Positions 1 through 43,620 of a DNA stretch of 64,000 nt are shown here, one piece after another. Within the stretch, counting starts at the first letter, position 1. The number at the start of each line of letters is the position of its first letter. The notes beneath the pieces are model-generated. The model ran no database searches and was not told the origin of the DNA. It was given only the letters and a program-made list of their open reading frames with translations. A program made the translations under genes and the position numbers. Location: NCBI GenBank assembly GCA_013265495.1, contig MU057847.1, positions 139,875-203,874 of the forward strand, written 5' to 3'. Source of the DNA: Vicugna vicugna. Its lineage: Eukaryota.

Positions 1-626
1 TTAAAGAAGGCAACTTGGGAAAATACATGTTTCGTATTGTATCTTCAGGCTTTATTCTGTCTATCTCAAGGTAGAATTGCCAAGTTTATCCCACCCATGA
101 CCCTGTATAGGTACATCCTAGCAGATGAGAAGTTCCTCATGTCCTCCCAAACTGAAGTTACTTAAGCAACGATTATCAAGCACACAATCCTATAATCTTC
201 TTTCATCGCTTCACCCCATGCTGGCTTCTGCTTCTAATCCATGTGTATTTTAGAGTTCAATGTATCTACTGAGTTATAGATATGGGGAGCTTCCTCTTAT
301 CTATAGTTAGATTAGATGGATAGAATTGATAGAACAATGCTACAGATAGAATGGAATCTAGTCTTAATAGACCATGATTGTTTCCCTAATTCTAGCTCAG
401 ATTTATTAGCATTTACTACATGCCAGCTCCTATGCCAAGCTCTTTACTGCATTATTTACAATTTACATCAATCCCAATAAGGGCCAGTGTTTAAGTTACA
501 GGATGCTTAAGGGTGGCTCTGCTCAGTGATTTCAATTTAAGGGAAGTGACATGCTGAGTTGCACCCCTCAATGGACTCAGTTGTCTCTTGAGTGCTACTG
601 CATGCTTTGCACTGTACTGGTTACTA

Positions 627-728
627 TTTATTTATTTATTTATCTACTTATTTATTTTAATGGAGTTACTGGGAATTGAACCCAGGACCTCATGCATGCT
701 CTCCTACCGCTGAGCTGTTTCCCTCCCC
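627..728 (-). mobile_element. tRNA-derived SINE (camelid Vic-1-like)
   Basis: A/B-box head (on -: agctcagcgg...gggttcaattcc), (TTTA)n tail, TSD 607-626/729-748 (18 of 20 identical). Confidence 0.85.
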
Positions 729-2506
729 TTGCACTATACTAGTTACTAAAGAGGATGCTAAAGAGGGCCTGCCTGCAGCCTTGATGTGGGGGATGAGAGC
801 TAAGACAGAACTTATCTTATCCCTTTCTCATTGAGATCCAACCCACAGTAAGTGCTTGATCTTAATAAATGTTTGTTGAATAGGTGAAGGAAGGAATAAA
901 TGAATGCACAGATTGAAGAACATTCCGATGCAAAACTTGTGGTGCCAACAGTCAAGGTTTACGTGTACAGAGAGGAGCGTGAATTGTAGTAATGGTGGAC
1001 TTCAGGCCGGCCTGGAAGCTTAGAAACCTTTCTAATAGGCAGGCCCAGAAGTAATCAGTACACAAATAGACCATCGCATTTCAGAGCTAGAAGGAACCCT
1101 ATTTCAGCATTTCCCAAGGTGTGTTTTGCCAAACATTCTGCACACATGCATTTGGCAAATAGTATCGTTGTCCATTTGCTTGGAGCTTCACCATACACAT
1201 AGGCATGTTGAAGTTTCAGAAAAGTCTTGTTGGAAAGCAGACCCCCTTTTCATGCAGTACACCTATGAGTATCCCTCTGAACACCCTCTGGGAGATGCTG
1301 ATTAGTGTGATCCCCTCATTTTCCTGCTGAGCCCCAAGGTCCCAGAGCTAACTGATAGCAGAGCCAAGCCAAAAGATTCCAGAATTTTCTGAATCTTAGG
1401 TGGTTCTTTCCATCACACCACTAAGTCTTTCTAATGGCAGCCATGTCGGCAACTCCCTTGGCTCAGCCCTTCACTGCCAGTGCAGCATTGCAGGGACCAG
1501 ACTGTCGGGAATTGGAATGAGACAGCTGAGTTGGCAAATGATTGCATGTGAAAGCAATAATAGCTGCTTCCTTCCCTCTGAACAATGCAGCATGAACTCC
1601 CCTCCCTTTTCCCCTCTTCTACTGAGCCCCGTAAAGGTATACGTGCTTATTAGGAAACTCAAGAGAGTCCAGACAGAGCCTTGGGGGCATTTAAAGCTCA
1701 CATTCCTCACTGCTGCCCTGTTTTTTTTATTATTATTATTCTAGATAGAGCAAATGTTCAATTATCTGCCTGTGCAGAGGGCAGCAGCCCTGTAGATCAT
1801 CTGAACCAATCAGCAATAATTGAAGCACACACACAATGCACATAATACATAAACACACCCCTCCCTTGCAAAACCCTTTGGTATCTGATTTCATCAAACC
1901 TTTTGCAGAGGCAGCTTCATTGCCCAGCAGCCCTTTCTTCCCAATTCCCAGACCTCTCCCCTGCTCATAAATTCCTTTCTTGAGGACATCTTCCCTGAAT
2001 GTACCAACCCCACTGCATCACTCCTTGGGTCTGCATTCTTTCAGCACACAGGTTGGGCAGTACCAACTCCCACATGGATGTCACGTGTGGAAACTTGGCT
2101 TCCCAACTGGATAGTGATTTCTCCAGCCACTGGGGGGAAGTCGGGGCTGGGGGGAGCAAGTGCTTATATTGGCTCATTAATGGCTGCATATGAATGCACC
2201 TCTTAGGGCTGGAAAGAGGTGTGTGTTTATAGTTGAAATTGAGAGGGAAGTGAATAGCCAGTGACTTTGGCCTGAAGAGAGGCTGTCCAAAGACCACAAG
2301 CTTCTCCTTTCACCAGAAACTCAGACTCTTCACTATTGAGTTACTGAGAAGAGACCAAACCAGACGAGTGGTGCTGTGGGCACTGGGGCCGAGGCCTGAG
2401 ACCTGCAGGACCTCTGGGATCCCAGTCCTCGTTCCTGCCATGAAGGCCCTGATTCCTCTCTGATCTTCCCCTCCACCATCACACTCTGTCTCACTTTCAT
2501 GTCTAA

Positions 2507-34565
<32,059 letters not shown>

Positions 34566-35257
34566 GCTAATAATTATCTGAATGAAACAAATGCCGTAAA
34601 TGTGTAACCTTCAGTAGAGTCACTGCCAGCATCTGAAAACCCAGAATTTCCTCTGTGAAAACTATGTAAAATGTTTGCACTTCTGTCAAATTGAGAAGTC
34701 TTTAACTTTGGACAATGTGCTTTTAGAAGGGAGAAAGCGAAAACATTTTGTTGGAGCAACTAAGAGGTAGTCATTTCCCTTGATCAAGTAAATTCATTCT
34801 AATGGAAATGTCCAGATGATTTGGCCCAAGGATTGGCTTTTAGGTTCTATGAGCCTAGTTTGATGCTTCAGTTTTTTGGTTGCTGCTCCAAGCTTTGCAA
34901 AGCCCCTAAGAAGAGGTGGTAGAAGTGAAAATCCTGGGTGTCCAAGAAAATTTTTGCACAGCCAGTCCCCCAATCAGCCCACTGCCCTTTGAAACACCTT
35001 CTTTGTATCTGTGAGGGCCCCCAATGCCTACAATTTATACAGAGCTCTCTCTGCACCTGCCCTATGTCAACCTGTCACAGGTCTGGCAGCAGTGAGCACC
35101 TTCCTATGAGGCAGACCATTCCTTGGGGATTCTCGTACTCCTCTGGATGGTTAGTCCATCAGTGTTTGACCTTTTGCCCCAGTGCCACTGTGACCCTCTC
35201 CAGTTGCTCAGACATGTACTGCATGTCACATATATCCTGTTTTTTAACCTAAGACCC

Positions 35258-36364
35258 TGTTGAAATTCAAACTTCTACAGATGCTGAAAGCTGTGCTTTC
35301 AATCAGGCAGATGGAAAGCCTTCCGCAGAGGAAGTCTGGGGCCACTGGAGAGCTGTCTTACACACTGGCTCCAGCCTTAAGATGGAGACCTCCACATAGT
35401 CCAGTTTCTTGTCACTTTCCCTCAGCAGCCTCTGTTTCACAAGATTTTACCCCAAAGCAAGACTGCAATTCTAAAGCCATAGAACAATTAACTTTCTGCT
35501 AACTGGAAGCCCAAGGTGATTAAATCAGCCTTTCCTTGCCCTTATTCCTAGGGGCACACACCCCAAAAGTCACTAGGCTAGACAGCCCTTGCCTCCCCAG
35601 TGAACCACTCACCCCAAGTCCTTTCCCTCTGTTCCATCCCCTAGACACACCAAGCACTAAGGGAGAGCTCCCTCTGATACCTGGGCAGTACCCAGCTCAT
35701 TTGCTTAGGAAACCCAGAAGTGTCCTAATATACCTTTTTCTGTGTCTGTCTCTGTCACCTTGGGGCTACTTTGCTTAAACAGAAATGCAGACCTAGATAT
35801 AACTGTGCCTTTAAATTCTGAGTAGGGTGCTGCCACATGCAAAAAAAGTTCAGCGAGGCTGTGAGGTGCCAGAGCTAATTTAAATCCTTGATGCTTGGTT
35901 TTGCTGATGATGATATAATGTGATATTGCACAATCATATGCTGGATTGTATCTTTTCTCTATACTACATTTATTTTTCCTGATACTGTATCTTTGCCTTT
36001 TTGATAATGCTAAGATTTTGATTGTTTGGGTTTGATTTCCTTTGTTTTCTCATAGTGAACAGATCATTAAAGGTAGATGCCCTTTGCCTAGGTAGTCCTG
36101 GTAAATTAGCTGTTACACCTCCGATGCCCCTTTCCTCAGAGTGGACCACTATTAGGTTATTCTCACCCTAAGAACTCTCCATTAACAATTTCCTTTCCAC
36201 AGTTAACAACAAAAATCTGTTTTAAGTAAAGAGGTTAAGTTTTTTTAACGCCTAGAGGCACATTCTGACAAGTTTTCAGCTTCTTTTAGCATTCTTGATT
36301 TCTGCTATATGCAAAGCAAATAAATTCAATAAAGCCTGTTCTGTAGTCTGTCTCTGTCTGTCAC
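35258..36364 (+). mobile_element. Possible old LTR
   Basis: 3' end aataaagcctgttctgtagtctgtctctgtctgtcaca resembles an LTR R/U5 end; 5' boundary and family uncertain. Confidence 0.3.
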
Positions 36365-36789
36365 ATGAGGAGGGAAACTGAATATAGGATTATTGACAAC
36401 TTAGACCTGAGAGTTGTCAGAAAAGCTAAATGATTTTAAGAGGTTGTGCAAGGCATAAAGGCCCCCTTTATGGAGGTGTGCCTGACCAAGCTAACGGCCT
36501 CCAGGTGGGTATTTGTATGAGGAAGAGATGGTATTGAAGAGAAGGTTTTCACATGTATAAATATCTGGAGAGCGAACAGATGGGTGGGAGAAAGAATGCA
36601 GATGGGGGTGAGCAGACAGGGAGGGCAAGGTGGTGGTTGTACTCCAGCCTGGCTCAGGGACTGGGTCTCAGTCTTACAGCAAGATGGGTTATTAGAACAA
36701 GCCATTATCGAAAGGAAGGGGCCCTGCTGTGCTCAGGTAACAAAGTGTAACACAGAATGAGCAAGGGGAAGGGGTGATAGATCAGATAT

Positions 36790-37363
36790 TTAACCTGGCC
36801 CTCCTGTAACATTTGTAATATTTACAGGACTCAGAGAAAGAATTCAGTTAGAGATCCGGATACCATGTCTAAAAATACTTGAAATGTTTAAATCAACTAA
36901 TGAACCGTTAAATAAGTTATCTCCTCCCATGACAAATGTACCTTCATAACGACCTAAAAGTGCAGGTTGGGATTTAGAATTCTCAGACTCCTACGTTCTG
37001 CTCCAGTGGTTTGGGAAGAGCTCCCCACCTCCCTCTTGCCCGTGCTCCGGCTCCCAGACCAGGCCCCATCCCCCGCTTGGGGCATACAGTCCCCCTCGGG
37101 CCTGGGAGCACAGCCCCCGGCAGTGCAGTCAGCCCTCGCCAGGACAGCTCTAAGAGGAGCACGCAGGCCCTGGCAGCAGGCTGGGGACTGTTGAGGGGGG
37201 CCAGGTACCTGGAGCATGAGCTAGCAGGGGCACACCTCCCACTCCCATGGGCTGGGCTCCTGGCCCTCTAGGGAGGGGTACGGTTGGAAGAGGGCCCAAG
37301 TGGGGCCTCTAAAGCAGGAGCTCAAGACAGAGGCCCCTCTTGCCTGGGTCTACAAGCAATACT
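36790..37363. mobile_element. hAT-Tip100 non-autonomous element (MER115-like)
   Basis: gacaaatgtaccttcataacgacc...ttagaattctcagactcct and terminal gcccctcttgcctgggtct recognised from memory of the family. Confidence 0.6.
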
Positions 37364-37749
37364 ACATTAACTAGGACACATAAACACTAACAAGTCAGAG
37401 GCAATTTGAAGCCTCTCAAATCACACCAAATGGAAAACTGTCTATTGGCCTACCCTTTTCCTTCAGATAATGATGACAAGGGGCCTGTGCCTTTGACCCA
37501 CCATGCGGCACTAGCCATAAGGAATTCATGATAATACATTTTAAAATGTCAACAATGGTGATTTAAAAAGGGTTATGGAAGTGTTAAGTTTACTACACTT
37601 TAACAGGCATTAGTGGAGTACCTACCAAGTGAAAAAACTCAGTGCTTAGGACTTCGGGAAAGAAAGACAAAACCTTCTAAGGTCCCAACCATTCAGAAGT
37701 TCACAGTCCAGTGGTGGGGTGGGGGCAGTAGATACACGTATGTATAAAT

Positions 37750-38228
37750 AGTGCACAAATACTTGGACATGAATGTTCACAGCAGCACTATGCACAAGAA
37801 CCAGAAAGTGGAAACAACACAAATGTCCACCAACAGAGGACCTGGTAAAGAAATCGCAGTAGATACTTACAATTAAAATATTATTCAGCCATGAAAATGA
37901 AGTACTGATACGTGCTACAATGTGGATGAGCCTTGAAAACATTATGCTAAGTGAAAGAAGCCAGACACAAAAGTTCACACACTGTATGATTTCATTTATA
38001 AGAAATGTTCAGAATAGGGAAATTCATAGAGATGGAAAGCAGACTGGTGGTCACCAGGGAGTGGAGGGATGGGAACTGGGGAGTGACTGCTTAATGGGTA
38101 TAGGATTTGGGGATGATGAAAATGTTTTGGAACTAAAGAGGTGGTGGTTGCATGAAACTGTGAATATCGCTGAATTGTTCACTTTTAAATGGTTGATTTT
38201 AAGTGAACTTCACCTCAATTAAAAAAAT
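37750..38228 (+). mobile_element. L1 (L1MB-like) 3' end
   Basis: tggatgagccttgaaaacattatgctaagtgaaagaagccagac...cacctcaattaaaaaaa. Confidence 0.85.
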
Positions 38229-38986
38229 AATGCTAACATAAGTTAGCATATGAGATATGCTACCATGGAATATGAGAGAAGGTATAAATGCTACCAAGAG
38301 AGCACTTAGGAAGCCTTAATTAAATGGAGAAATGAGGCTGTCTAGTGTCAAACCCCCAGGACCCCTCCCCTTCTCTGATCCTCTGATCAAATATGACTTT
38401 ACCTTTTTTCCACCTTAGAGTCTAGATATTAAACTTACTCTCGCCCTTTCCTCTTTTTATTTTTTTATTTCAGACCTGCACAAAGGTATAGAGAATAATA
38501 CTATCAATACCTACATACCCACCACCCAGCTTGCAAAACGTAACATTCTAATACAGTTGAAGCCCACTGTGGAGCCCGCCCCAATAGGATCCCGCTCCTT
38601 CTCTTTCCCCAGGAGTAACCACCATCCTAAATGTGGTGTTTACCTTTCCATCACAGGCCTTTCTGTATGCTACATTTGTATACACTTTCACAGGCATGCC
38701 TGTCACTATATGTATCCACAATCAACGTACAGTGACTGTATTTTTCCTTAGACTTCGTGCATATGGTATCATTTTGTATCCTTCTGGAATCAGTGTCTTC
38801 CTTTATGCATTTTCTGCTGCCATCACCGCTCTTAGCCCCTCTGTGTCTCAGCCCCTGTGAGTGCTGTCTCCTCCCCAGTCCAGCCTTTGCCGTCCTGTTC
38901 AATTTACCTACAACAGTCCCAAGCCAGTGAGTGAAGGCTGGTCCCCCCATAGGTGACTCTGAGCTGCTTCCCCTGTGGCTCTAAAC

Positions 38987-39156
38987 CAGTGCTTCTCAAA
39001 CCTTAGCTGCAACAGAACCCCCTGGAGGGCTTCTTAAAGCCCAGATTGCTGCGCCCCACTCCCTGAGTTTCTGATTCACAGGTCTTGGGTGGAGCCTAAG
39101 AATTCCTGGGTGATGCTGATAATGCTCTTTTGGGGACCAAACTTTGAGAACCACTG
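38987..39156. mobile_element. MER5A-type hAT-Charlie MITE
   Basis: TIRs cagtgcttctcaaa/tttgagaaccactg; 8-bp TSD-like ctctaaac/ctccaaat. Confidence 0.85.
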
Positions 39157-39249
39157 CTCCAAATCAATGTCTGGGCTCAGGCTCCGCAGCACCATCTGGC
39201 CTCCAGGCAAGCGGGGCCGTCTATGAGGTTTCCTTCAAACGCACCCGAC

Positions 39250-39500
39250 AGTATATGAAATACACGTATCATGCAAGTCATGTGTAATTTGAAATGTTCT
39301 AGTAGCCACTTTAAAAAAGGAAAAAGAAACTGGAGAAAGTAACTTTAATATTTTGTTAACACTATATTATTTCAACATGTAAGTAGTATTAATGCGATTT
39401 TACATTGTTTTTAACACAGAGTACATCTCAACTCAGACTAGCCACATTTCGAATGCTCAGCAGCCACACATGGCCAGGGACTAAGTGTAGCAAACAGCAC
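39250..39500. mobile_element. MER3-like hAT-Charlie element
   Basis: tctagtagccactttaaaaaagg and gactagccacatttcgaatgctcagcagccacacatggc. Confidence 0.7.
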
Positions 39501-39511
39501 AGCTCTGAAGT

Positions 39512-39613
39512 CTTGACCTCCATGTCTATCTTTACAAAAATTATTTTAAACTTGACATTAAACTTGACCTCCATATCTGTCTTTACAAAAATTATTTTAA
39601 ACTTGACATTTAA
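39512..39613. repeat. 51-bp tandem duplication
   Basis: 39512-39562 and 39563-39613, 3 mismatches. Confidence 0.9.
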
Positions 39614-39758
39614 CTTACTTTAACAAAAATATTTAAAACAGGCTTACCAAGTGGTGGAAAGTGATGCCTTTCAATGAAGATAAAATGGATCAAAACAAAG
39701 GTAAAAGGGAGATTTGAGTCAGAATCATTTATCTAAATAAAATCTGCTGGCATTTCAG

Positions 39759-39783
39759 TTTATTAATTTAAAGCAAATTTATT
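39759..39783 (-). terminator. Polyadenylation signals of the CT47-family gene
   Basis: AATAAA on - strand at 39783-39778 and 39764-39759, downstream of the exon 3 stop. Confidence 0.6.
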
Positions 39784-39963
39784 TTTAATTAGAACCCATG
39801 CTGTTAAGTATATTTGTAAAAGATGAAAGTCGCAAGCCACTGGATATCACTTTTTAGTTGATGAACTTTGGATTGGGATCAGTGTTAAAATTCCCATGGG
39901 CGTCTGAAAAATGAAACACCTGAAAGCTGTAAACAGTGGGTTCTTTCTTTACATGTCTTCTTT

Positions 39964-39976
39964 CTATTTCTCCCAA
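39964..39976 (-). CDS. CT47C1: CT47-family exon 3 coding part (S)WEK*
   Basis: ctctcatttcatcctgcag|T TGG GAG AAA TAG; phase fits; followed about 180-200 nt later by two AATAAA. Confidence 0.65.
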
Positions 39977-42506
39977 CTGCAGGATGAAATGAGAGACAAT
40001 TAACAATTATTCAGCATTAACCGGCAGCAGTGACTTTCTGAATCTGAGAAAGTAGTCAGCCCTATGCACACCTGCTGCATTTGGGTGCTACACCTCAACA
40101 AGTAGAGGAGAACAACACGTTTTCCTCTCGCAACCTCCACCTTGAAAGCCTGTGCTCATTCCGCAAATGATACCCCCTCACCCTCCCAGAACCTCGGTCT
40201 CCATATCTACCATATGAGAAAGAGGCTGTTATTATGAAATACACAGCTGTGAAAATGCAGGGGAAAATGTTACTCATTTAAATATGCTCAAAGACAAGCT
40301 ATGCCTTAAGATTCCATTACCAATGCAGTGATAAACAGTCATACTATGACTAAGTTTCTTTTCTTGTGACTGTCACATAAACATTTGCTCAGTTGTAGAT
40401 TTTTGTATTTTAGGTATTAATCATTAAATGTGGTCCTACTCGAAATTTTTAACTTTTTGCTATTTGTAGACACATTATAAAAGGCACTGTCTCCTAGTGC
40501 GGGAGACTGCGCCTCTGTGGCCAAGCGATGAAGGCCCCACTAGTGCACAGCCCAGACACTTTCACTGCTGCCTCTGGTAACTGTTTTCTAAACAAATATC
40601 AGTCTTAGGTACTGATACATTTACAACTTGTGAATAGTCTTAGAGCTGGAGGACAAAAGACCTCACAATAAATGGGCAGCCATGAAGGATATTTCCAGCC
40701 ATGATGCATTTTATATTACGAGGTACGTGAGTGTTCTAGTAACATTCTAAGTAGGTAAAGTTGAGTTGTTGAACTAATTTTAAACAAGCTTTTTCTTAGT
40801 TTACTGGGAGAATTATAAAGCAAGAAACAAAACTGGCCAGTGCCTGGAATGGTTGGGTGATTTTCAAAGCTACATACAAATACCTGGGGTTTCTGGGCTT
40901 GCCCTCTGCTGGGTCCTGATGTTTTTCCGGCTCTTCTTGTTTTTTGTTAAACTTCTCTTTTCCCTCGCTTTCGGAGCCATGAGCCTCTTCACTGGAGTTC
41001 TCATATTGATATCTAGTTGTTCCTTTAGTGAAGAATAATACATACTTTGGGACCAGACATTAACAGAAAGTTTAAAAAATCCCAATTCATAAGGAAGAGT
41101 GCCATTCAGTACTCCATCCTTGGGGGAAGCAGGAAGACAGCAGTAACTAAGGAAAGAACAGCTGGGCACCTTCCTTCTGGTCGATACAACACTTTCACGA
41201 CCCTCACCTTTCTGCTGCTTGATCATTTTCACAGTGACATTATTTCTGTTTTTCCAGTAAATCTGCCACCCTGTGCTGCTGATTATTTCTGGCCCTTCAG
41301 AGAAGAAGGGATCAGAATCGTCTGGGCCTGATCATTCTGTATGTCTTGGTTAGGATTTTCTTGCAAAAATGTTTTGCCTCAAATACAAATTCTATGGTGA
41401 AGCTCATTAGTTCCTCATCCCTGAATGTCTCATTTTTACCGAGTGCTCCCCTGTCAGTTCATAATGTTTGGGTATCAACTTTCTAAGCATCTTGGCACTT
41501 TTAACAGCCAGGAACCAAACATGAGGTATGCCATTTGCCTGTTCTTTTCTCTTCCATTTCCTCCCAAGCTCCTTCCTCCACACTTACCTCCACGGACATT
41601 CACCCGTGGGCTCAGAAATGGCACTGATGGATAATCTCGTATCTCTCACCAGGGTTGGTAGAGGTCGGGCTATTTTTTCTCGAACCGTAAAGGTCGCTAT
41701 GGAATTGGGCTTCTACTGGGCCCCTTTGGCCTTCAGTTGGTGGAGGGCTCCCTGACTCCCACGGCCTCAGCTGCCAAGGCCCCGCTGAGCCGGGGTCCCG
41801 CAGGCTGGGCCCCCAGCCCCCGCACCCCGGCCGGCTCCTTACCCTCAGGAGTGCTGGTCTCTTCTGCCATCTCCCAAACGCTGATATCATCATCGGCCTC
41901 CTCCGCCGGCCCCTCCTCGGGGGTCTCCCAGGAGGCGTCCTCGTCGGGGTCCTCAGGCTCCTCGGGCTCCTGGGCCTTCAGCGCGGGCCCCTCTCCCGGC
42001 CCCCCGGGCGCCGGGGGCACGGGGAGCATGGCTGAGCCCGTGGGCGAGGGGGCCCTGGGCCGCACCACCACGCGGCCGCTGCGGGGCCGCACCAGGATGT
42101 GGTCGTTGTGGTGGATGCGGCGCAGCATCGAATGCAGCAGCTCCAGTAACAGGAAGTTGAAGCCAACCATGGGGAACTGGTGGGCGTCCACCTCGACCTC
42201 CAGGACCTCCGGGGGCTCCTCCTCCCCGTCCTCGTCCTGGACCGGCCCGATGTCTGAGTCATCCTCGGGGCTCCCGCCCTCCAGGGCCGCTACCAGGCCC
42301 GCCGCCTCCCCCGGGTCTCCCGCGGCCCTCCTGGCCTCCAAGGCCGCGACGCCTGGGGGGGACCCGGAATCGTCGTGGTCCCCGTGGGGCCCGGAGCCGC
42401 GGTCTGCCCCGTCTCCGGCTCTGGCCGCTCCGGCCGGCGCTCCCTCCGCGCCCGTGGAGCCGTCCAGGCCGCCCGAGGCCGGATCTCCATCCCCCGAGGT
42501 TGACAT
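39964..42506 (-). CDS. CT47C1: Cancer/testis antigen 47 family protein, 271 aa; complement(join(39964..39976,40884..41022,41843..42506)); probable CT47C1 orthologue
   Basis: gccATG start (MSTSGDGDP). CT47 motifs GEAAGLVAALEGGSPEDDSDIGP and GFNFLLLELLHSMLRRIHHNDHILV, then an acidic E/P/A tail. Three exons with GT/AG sites and matching phases total 816 nt. Family is confident; the exact symbol rests on recalled human adjacency to KIAA1210. Confidence 0.85.
40884..41022 (-). CDS. CT47C1: CT47-family exon 2 (G)TTRYQYENSSEEAHGSESEGKEKFNKKQEEPEKHQDPAEGKPRNP
   Basis: tattattcttcactaaag| acceptor; CCAG|gtattt donor; 139 nt, phase 1 to 2; E/K-rich like CT47 C-termini. Confidence 0.8.
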
Positions 42507-42830
42507 GGCAGTTACCTCGGCCGCGGCGCGGCCGGCTGCGGCGGCGACGGTACTGTTGGTAGCCACCGAGGTGGCTGCCCTGACAGGAGGCCTGGGGGTG
42601 TGCGCTGAGCGGAGTGGCCGCTGAGGGGACAACAGAGGAGGTCCCCCGAGCGGGTGGGCAGGAGGCCGATGCCAGTAGCGGCCCACCGCGGCTGGGCCTC
42701 AGGCAGCAGCCGCGCAGGCTGGGCGGGAAGATTGCGCCAGGTTGCGGACGGAGGGCGGGGCCAGACGAGTGGACAATGGGCCACGCCCCCTCATCATGAG
42801 CTGCAAGCTCATTGGCTGAGAAGACAGGAT
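41740..42830. promoter_or_regulatory. CpG island over CT47 exon 1 and promoter
   Basis: Abrupt GC/CpG-rich block in an otherwise CpG-poor window; GC box GGGCGGGG near 42753; CCAAT boxes at 42811-42815 (-) and 42877-42881 (+). Confidence 0.85.
41843..42506 (-). CDS. CT47C1: CT47-family exon 1 coding part (664 nt)
   Basis: ATG at 42506-42504; donor GAGG|gtaagg at 41843/41842; lies within ORF 41733..42686. Confidence 0.9.
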
Positions 42831-42840
42831 TGATGTGCCC

Positions 42841-42902
42841 TGCGTCTAATGAAAGACCAAGGCCCTTTGGTTGGGTCCAATGAAAGACCAAGGCCTTTTG
42901 GT
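42841..42902. repeat. 31-bp tandem duplication in the CT47 promoter
   Basis: tgcgtctaatgaaagaccaaggccctttggt / tgggtccaatgaaagaccaaggccttttggt, 28 of 31 identical. Confidence 0.9.
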
Positions 42903-43022
42903 TCTAAGATTGCTCCCAACCGCCTTCCTGTTCTTTGACGCCTTGGGGTGCTATGCTACGGTCCACAAAGTTCCTGTCCTTTTAATTATACAAGGAAAAC
43001 TATAGTGGTCCAATATATGGAC

Positions 43023-43620
43023 AGCCTGGGTTGGGTAAACGTTTTCTGTAAAGAGCAGAGAGTTAACATTTTGGGTTTGGAGGTGCTCAGAAGTAAAACT
43101 GAAATTATTATGTACGCACTTACATAACAAAGGAGAAAAATTTCCACAAATATTTTGCTGTTGAAACTAAAAAATACTAATAACTGCATACAACTTTTTA
43201 AATAACATAGATCTATTAATGAGAAGAATGGAATTCTTTTGGGAGAACAACATTTTGCTTAATTGAAATTCCAAGTGACACTATTGGTTTAATAATACAT
43301 GAGATTCAAATATTGTCTGCAGCATAACTGCTGATAAATAATATAATGAATAACCATGAGTTAAATAACTTATATTTTCACAAATTTTGTACATTTGTTC
43401 ACTAAGTCTTTTTTTCTCCACACATATTTTAACACCATCAGTTATAACACAACTTAGCAGATTCCACTTGTTTATGCTAAGTGTTTTTTCAACTCCAAAA
43501 ATATTCATCTCAGACTAGTTCCATGCAGACTGTTCATAGATACTAATTCTTCAGTCATTTTAAACTCAGCAATCATCAACCAACCTTTCAGTCCTAGTCT
43601 GCTCAATATTGTTACTGCCA
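43023..43620 (-). mobile_element. Charlie1-type hAT transposon remnant with decayed transposase
   Basis: End cagcctgggttgggtaaacgttttctgtaaag; broken peptide NIFGVEKTL..KWNLLSCVITDG..QMYKICEN resembles hAT/Charlie transposase. Confidence 0.7.

Noticed and set aside
41737..42624. 295-aa + strand ORF, and the 210-aa ORF 42259..42891 on -
   Set aside because: Shadow frames of the GC-rich CT47 exon; low-complexity, non-ATG starts, no recognisable motifs.
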